From: Sulfurimonadaceae bacterium
Lineage (GTDB): Bacteria; Campylobacterota; Campylobacteria; Campylobacterales; Sulfurimonadaceae
Assembly: GCA_041562555.1 (NCBI GenBank)
Contig: JBFEXS010000081.1
Span: 1-10,079, forward strand
Direction of reading: 5' to 3'
Length of the DNA: 10,079 nt
Below, piece by piece: positions 6,897 through 10,079 of the stretch. A program made the position numbers and the translations under genes. The notes beneath the pieces were generated by a model. That model saw nothing but the letters and a program-made list of their open reading frames with translations, did no database searches and was not told the DNA's origin. Numbering within the stretch: the first letter of the stretch is position 1; the number at the start of each line of letters is the position of its first letter.

Positions 6897-7421
6897 TTGA
6901 ACGCATTAAAAGAGACGCTTCAAGCTTTTATAAAGACCCTGCATCCTTACGATTATCTCTTTTTTGGTATTTCAGGGGCTCTCTTCCTGCTGATCCTTCT
7001 ATTGGCAATTCTACTTCGCAAAAGAGTGGGATTGTCACTTTTTTTAGTCTTACTTGCATTCATCATAATAATCTCCGGACCTATTGCAGGCTACCAATAC
7101 ATCCATTCAACCATCTATAAGACAGAACTCAAAGAGATGTTGATCAAACGGCTTGAGTTTTCTGAAGCAGTCGTCATCAAAGGCAAGCTGACCAACCTTG
7201 GAAAACAGAGCTACCATACCTGTGCGATCACCGCCAAGGCCTATCAGGGGGCCGACAATTTTCTTGAAGCGCTTGTCTATCCTTTAAAACCCTTTCAGCA
7301 AATGACGATAATAGACAAAGAGAGTCTTGATATCAATCAAACACGGGAGTTTAAAATGATACTTGAACCATTCACCTATTCCAAAGAGTATAATATCTCT
7401 GTGCAAGCGAGTTGTTTATGA
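6897..7421 (+). CDS. DUF2393-like membrane protein (2 TM plus periplasmic beta-rich domain), paralogue 1
   Basis: TTG start 2 nt after the hisIE stop. Two hydrophobic helices are separated by RKR and followed by a soluble domain with IKGKLTNLGK...C. The family call is from recall and gene context. Confidence 0.7.
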   Translation: MNALKETLQAFIKTLHPYDYLFFGISGALFLLILLLAILLRKRVGLSLFLVLLAFIIIISGPIAGYQYIHSTIYKTELKEMLIKRLEFSEAVVIKGKLTNLGKQSYHTCAITAKAYQGADNFLEALVYPLKPFQQMTIIDKESLDINQTREFKMILEPFTYSKEYNISVQASCL

Positions 7422-7972
7422 GCACCTATTTTACAATCTGGCATTGGGGAGCTGTTGCAGGCCTTGCTATCATCTTTCTACTGCTGGTTCTTCTTTCCCT
7501 AAAAGAAAAGAATCAGAAGAATATCCTCTCCATGATCTTTGCCTCTTTTCTTGTTGTCATGACTACCGGCGTCTTTACCATCATGGCCATTGACAAATAT
7601 ACTAAAGAAGCGACACTCTATGGTGTAAAGAACACGCGTATTCTGCGAAATGAGACGATTGTATTTACCGGATTTGTCAAGAACAAGGGAGATTATAAGA
7701 TAGGCAAGATCACCTTGAATGTCAAACTTGTCAATCGTGGTCATGTTACCGGGAATGTAAAGGGAGGAAGTTTTTATAAACCTAGCGGGTTTTTTGACTT
7801 TTTAGGCTCTATAGGTGGTGCCAGAGAGACGTATAAGGTACAAAAGGTAGAAGAACAGTTTGTTGTTGCCTCAAATATCGAACCGGACAAGGCGGTCTTC
7901 TTCAGAGTGGAAATGCCCTATCCGCCCCATTTCAAACATGTGGCACAGTTCACATCTATCACCGCACATTAG
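7418..7972 (+). CDS. DUF2393-like membrane protein, paralogue 2
   Basis: The ATG at 7418 overlaps the upstream TGA (ATGA coupling), so it is preferred over TTG at 7412. MSTYFTIWHW is followed by two TM helices and a soluble domain with FTGFVKNKG, the same architecture as the upstream gene. Confidence 0.72.
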   Translation: MSTYFTIWHWGAVAGLAIIFLLLVLLSLKEKNQKNILSMIFASFLVVMTTGVFTIMAIDKYTKEATLYGVKNTRILRNETIVFTGFVKNKGDYKIGKITLNVKLVNRGHVTGNVKGGSFYKPSGFFDFLGSIGGARETYKVQKVEEQFVVASNIEPDKAVFFRVEMPYPPHFKHVAQFTSITAH

Positions 7973-7975
7973 ACT

Positions 7976-8941
7976 CTAATATTTGAAGCCGATCGTTTTC
8001 AGTGCTTTGTTGATGTGCCTGACCTGAGTATTTCTATCCCTACACCAATCCGGTGCGATGAGGGAGTCATCATTGATCCCTGCCGTGATACGTTGTACTG
8101 AGACATGCTCTGGCTTCATCTGGATCGATTCCAATAAAACCTCTAGATATAAATCTTCAGAAATCGGTTCAAAGTCACCACGATTGTACTCATTCGCTAA
8201 AGCTGTCCGTTTTGTGACATACAAAGGATGATATTTCACCGAATCAATACCCCATTCATACGCCTTTTTAGCTGTCTCCAGCATCATTCGCTTATTCTCA
8301 CCTGGAAGACCGAAGATAAGGTGCCCACAGACGTTTAAACCAAGTGCTTTCGACTTTTGTATCAATTGCTTCACATTCTCGCTGTCATGTCCTCGGTTGA
8401 TACGTTCAAGTGTCTCATCATAGATTGACTGTATCCCAAACTCGATCCAGATCTCTTTTGTTTTATTCAGTTCTGCCAGATATTCAAGGGTCTCATCTGT
8501 AACCGAGTCGGAACGGGTTCCAATACTCAGACCTACTACATCATCAAATAAAAGGGCTTTGTCATACAGTGCTTTAAGCGTATCGAAGGGCGCATATGTG
8601 TTTGTAAAAGATTGGAAGTAGACCAGGAATTTTTGCGCTCCGTATTCCCGCTTTGCCTTTGAAGCGATTACTTCGAACTGTTTTTCAAGCTGAAGCAGCT
8701 GCTTATCAAGATGAGGGTTCTCTTTAGAGTCCAGATTGAGATGAAAACCCTTGAGTTCCTGTACACTATCCAGACTCGGAGAGAAGGAATCGTTCTCACA
8801 AAAGGTACACCCTCCTCTAGCTACGGTGCCGTCAATATTCGGACAGGTAAACCCGGAAATCGAGATCGGAGCCTTATAGACTTTGGCATTGAATTTATCT
8901 TTGAGGTAACCCCCAAAGGTATATACTTGATTTAATTGCAT
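7976..8941 (-). CDS. TIGR01212 / YhcC-family radical SAM protein
   Basis: Contains GFTCPNIDG..ARGGCTFC (CX11CX2C), YFQSFTNTY, GLSIGTR.D, IEFG.QS...TL..INRGH, HLIFGLPGE and VK.HPLY..K.T.L. Confidence 0.92.
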   Translation of the reverse strand: MQLNQVYTFGGYLKDKFNAKVYKAPISISGFTCPNIDGTVARGGCTFCENDSFSPSLDSVQELKGFHLNLDSKENPHLDKQLLQLEKQFEVIASKAKREYGAQKFLVYFQSFTNTYAPFDTLKALYDKALLFDDVVGLSIGTRSDSVTDETLEYLAELNKTKEIWIEFGIQSIYDETLERINRGHDSENVKQLIQKSKALGLNVCGHLIFGLPGENKRMMLETAKKAYEWGIDSVKYHPLYVTKRTALANEYNRGDFEPISEDLYLEVLLESIQMKPEHVSVQRITAGINDDSLIAPDWCRDRNTQVRHINKALKTIGFKY

Positions 8942-8944
8942 AAT

Positions 8945-10078
8945 TTAGTAGAGATAATCCCCCGTAAAACAAGCCGTACAATACTCATCATTTTCAGACT
9001 TAACTGACTTTAAAAGTGCATCATGACTTAGGTAAGCAAGCGAATCTGCTCCCATGAACTCGCACATTTCCTTGTTGCTCATATTAGCCGCAAGCAAATT
9101 CTCCTTGTCCGGAGTGTCGATTCCATAATAGCATGGGTCGGTTGTCGGTGGAGAAGAGATGCGCATATGTACCTCTGCCGCCCCTGCTTCTTTCAACATG
9201 CGAACGATCCGTTTTGACGTCGTACCGCGCACGATAGAGTCATCAATGACAATCAGTTTTTTTCCTTTGATCAGACTCTTGATCGGAGAGAGCTTCATCT
9301 TGACCTTCAACTCACGCATCTCCTGCGTAGGCTCGATAAATGTACGTCCGATGTAATGGTTCCGCATCAAGCCCATCTCATAAGGGATACCACTCTCCTG
9401 AGCATAGCCTAAGGCTGCCGGCACACCTCCATCAGGAACTGGGACGACCATATCTGCTTCAACCGGAGCGATTTTGGCAAGTTCTGCACCCATGTTCTTA
9501 CGCATTTGATAGACATTTTTTCCAAAGACTTCCGAGTCAGGACGAGCAAAGTAGACATACTCGAAAATACAGTGTTTGGGAGTAGGTTCATATACTTGTA
9601 TAGACTGTGGTGCCTTTCCTTTTTCAAAAACGAGCAGTTCACCCGGATTAACATCGCGAATAAACTCAGCCCCTACAAGATCAAATGCACAGGTCTCTGA
9701 AGCAACGATATAACCGTCACCTACCTTACCGATACTCAAAGGACGCAGACCGTGAGGGTCGCGCATAGCAAACATCTTCTTGCGTGATAGAAAGACAAGT
9801 GAATAGGCACCCTGGATCTTTTTTACACCATCGATAATACGATCAAGAAGTTTTTTCTCTTCTGATTTGGCAATGAGGTGAATAAGGTTCTCAGTATCCA
9901 TGAAAGTCTGAAAGATCGCACCTTTTTTGATCAGGCCGTCACGTACTTCCTGTGCATTTGTCAGATTTCCATTATGCACAATAGCCATCTCACCAAGGTC
10001 ATAACGAGCAAAAACAGGCTGAGCATCCAAGATAGAGTCATCTCCTGCTGTTGAATAACGGTTATGCCCGATAGCAGA
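8945..10078 (-). CDS. purF: Amidophosphoribosyltransferase ([4Fe-4S]-type), 5' truncated by the window edge
   Basis: The frame is open to the window edge (SAIGHNRYSTAG...AQP). It contains HNGNLTNA, DTE, RDPHGLRPL, ASETCAFD, CIFEYVYFARPDS, RNHYIGRTFI and the PRPP loop VIDDSIVRGTTS. Four Fe-S Cys occur in HCIFE, PCYYGID and YCTACF. Confidence 0.98.
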   Translation of the reverse strand, partial: SAIGHNRYSTAGDDSILDAQPVFARYDLGEMAIVHNGNLTNAQEVRDGLIKKGAIFQTFMDTENLIHLIAKSEEKKLLDRIIDGVKKIQGAYSLVFLSRKKMFAMRDPHGLRPLSIGKVGDGYIVASETCAFDLVGAEFIRDVNPGELLVFEKGKAPQSIQVYEPTPKHCIFEYVYFARPDSEVFGKNVYQMRKNMGAELAKIAPVEADMVVPVPDGGVPAALGYAQESGIPYEMGLMRNHYIGRTFIEPTQEMRELKVKMKLSPIKSLIKGKKLIVIDDSIVRGTTSKRIVRMLKEAGAAEVHMRISSPPTTDPCYYGIDTPDKENLLAANMSNKEMCEFMGADSLAYLSHDALLKSVKSENDEYCTACFTGDYLY

Positions 10079-10079
10079 A

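Noticed and set aside
7968..7980. Palindrome ATTAGA-C-TCTAAT at the convergent junction
   Set aside because: It is largely explained by two facing TAG stops and is too AT-rich and short to form a stable terminator.
1259..9700. Remaining short (60-102 aa) alternative-frame and antisense ORFs in the track
   Set aside because: All lie within well-supported genes and show no motifs. Such ORFs are expected by chance.
9997..10079. Apparent N-terminally truncated PurF lacking the catalytic Cys1 (ORF track start at 10030)
   Set aside because: This is a window-edge artefact. The frame stays open to the end (SAIGHNRYSTAG), so it is not a pseudogene.

Overview
Gene-dense bacterial chromosomal window of moderate GC, with no mobile element, CRISPR array or RNA gene that I can recognise. 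Gene content and order point to a free-living Campylobacterota (Sulfurovum/Sulfurimonas-like); this is inference. Left to right: 3' part of a DUF3373-like outer-membrane protein (+); a minus-strand operon of aldehyde dehydrogenase, DUF523/TudS-like Fe-S protein and Bcp peroxiredoxin; a divergent group II-like truncated haemoglobin (+); a plus-strand run of ilvE, SPFH/prohibitin-like protein, hisIE and two DUF2393-like membrane paralogues; and a convergent minus-strand pair of purF (5' end outside the window) and a TIGR01212/YhcC radical SAM gene. Most of this is conserved housekeeping, and I see no clear-cut novel system. The best leads are (1) the ALDH-DUF523-Bcp/globin divergon as a possible sulfide/redox module, (2) a double-hairpin element with a 46-nt imperfect palindrome before hisIE, and (3) the SPFH plus DUF2393 x2 putative membrane complex.
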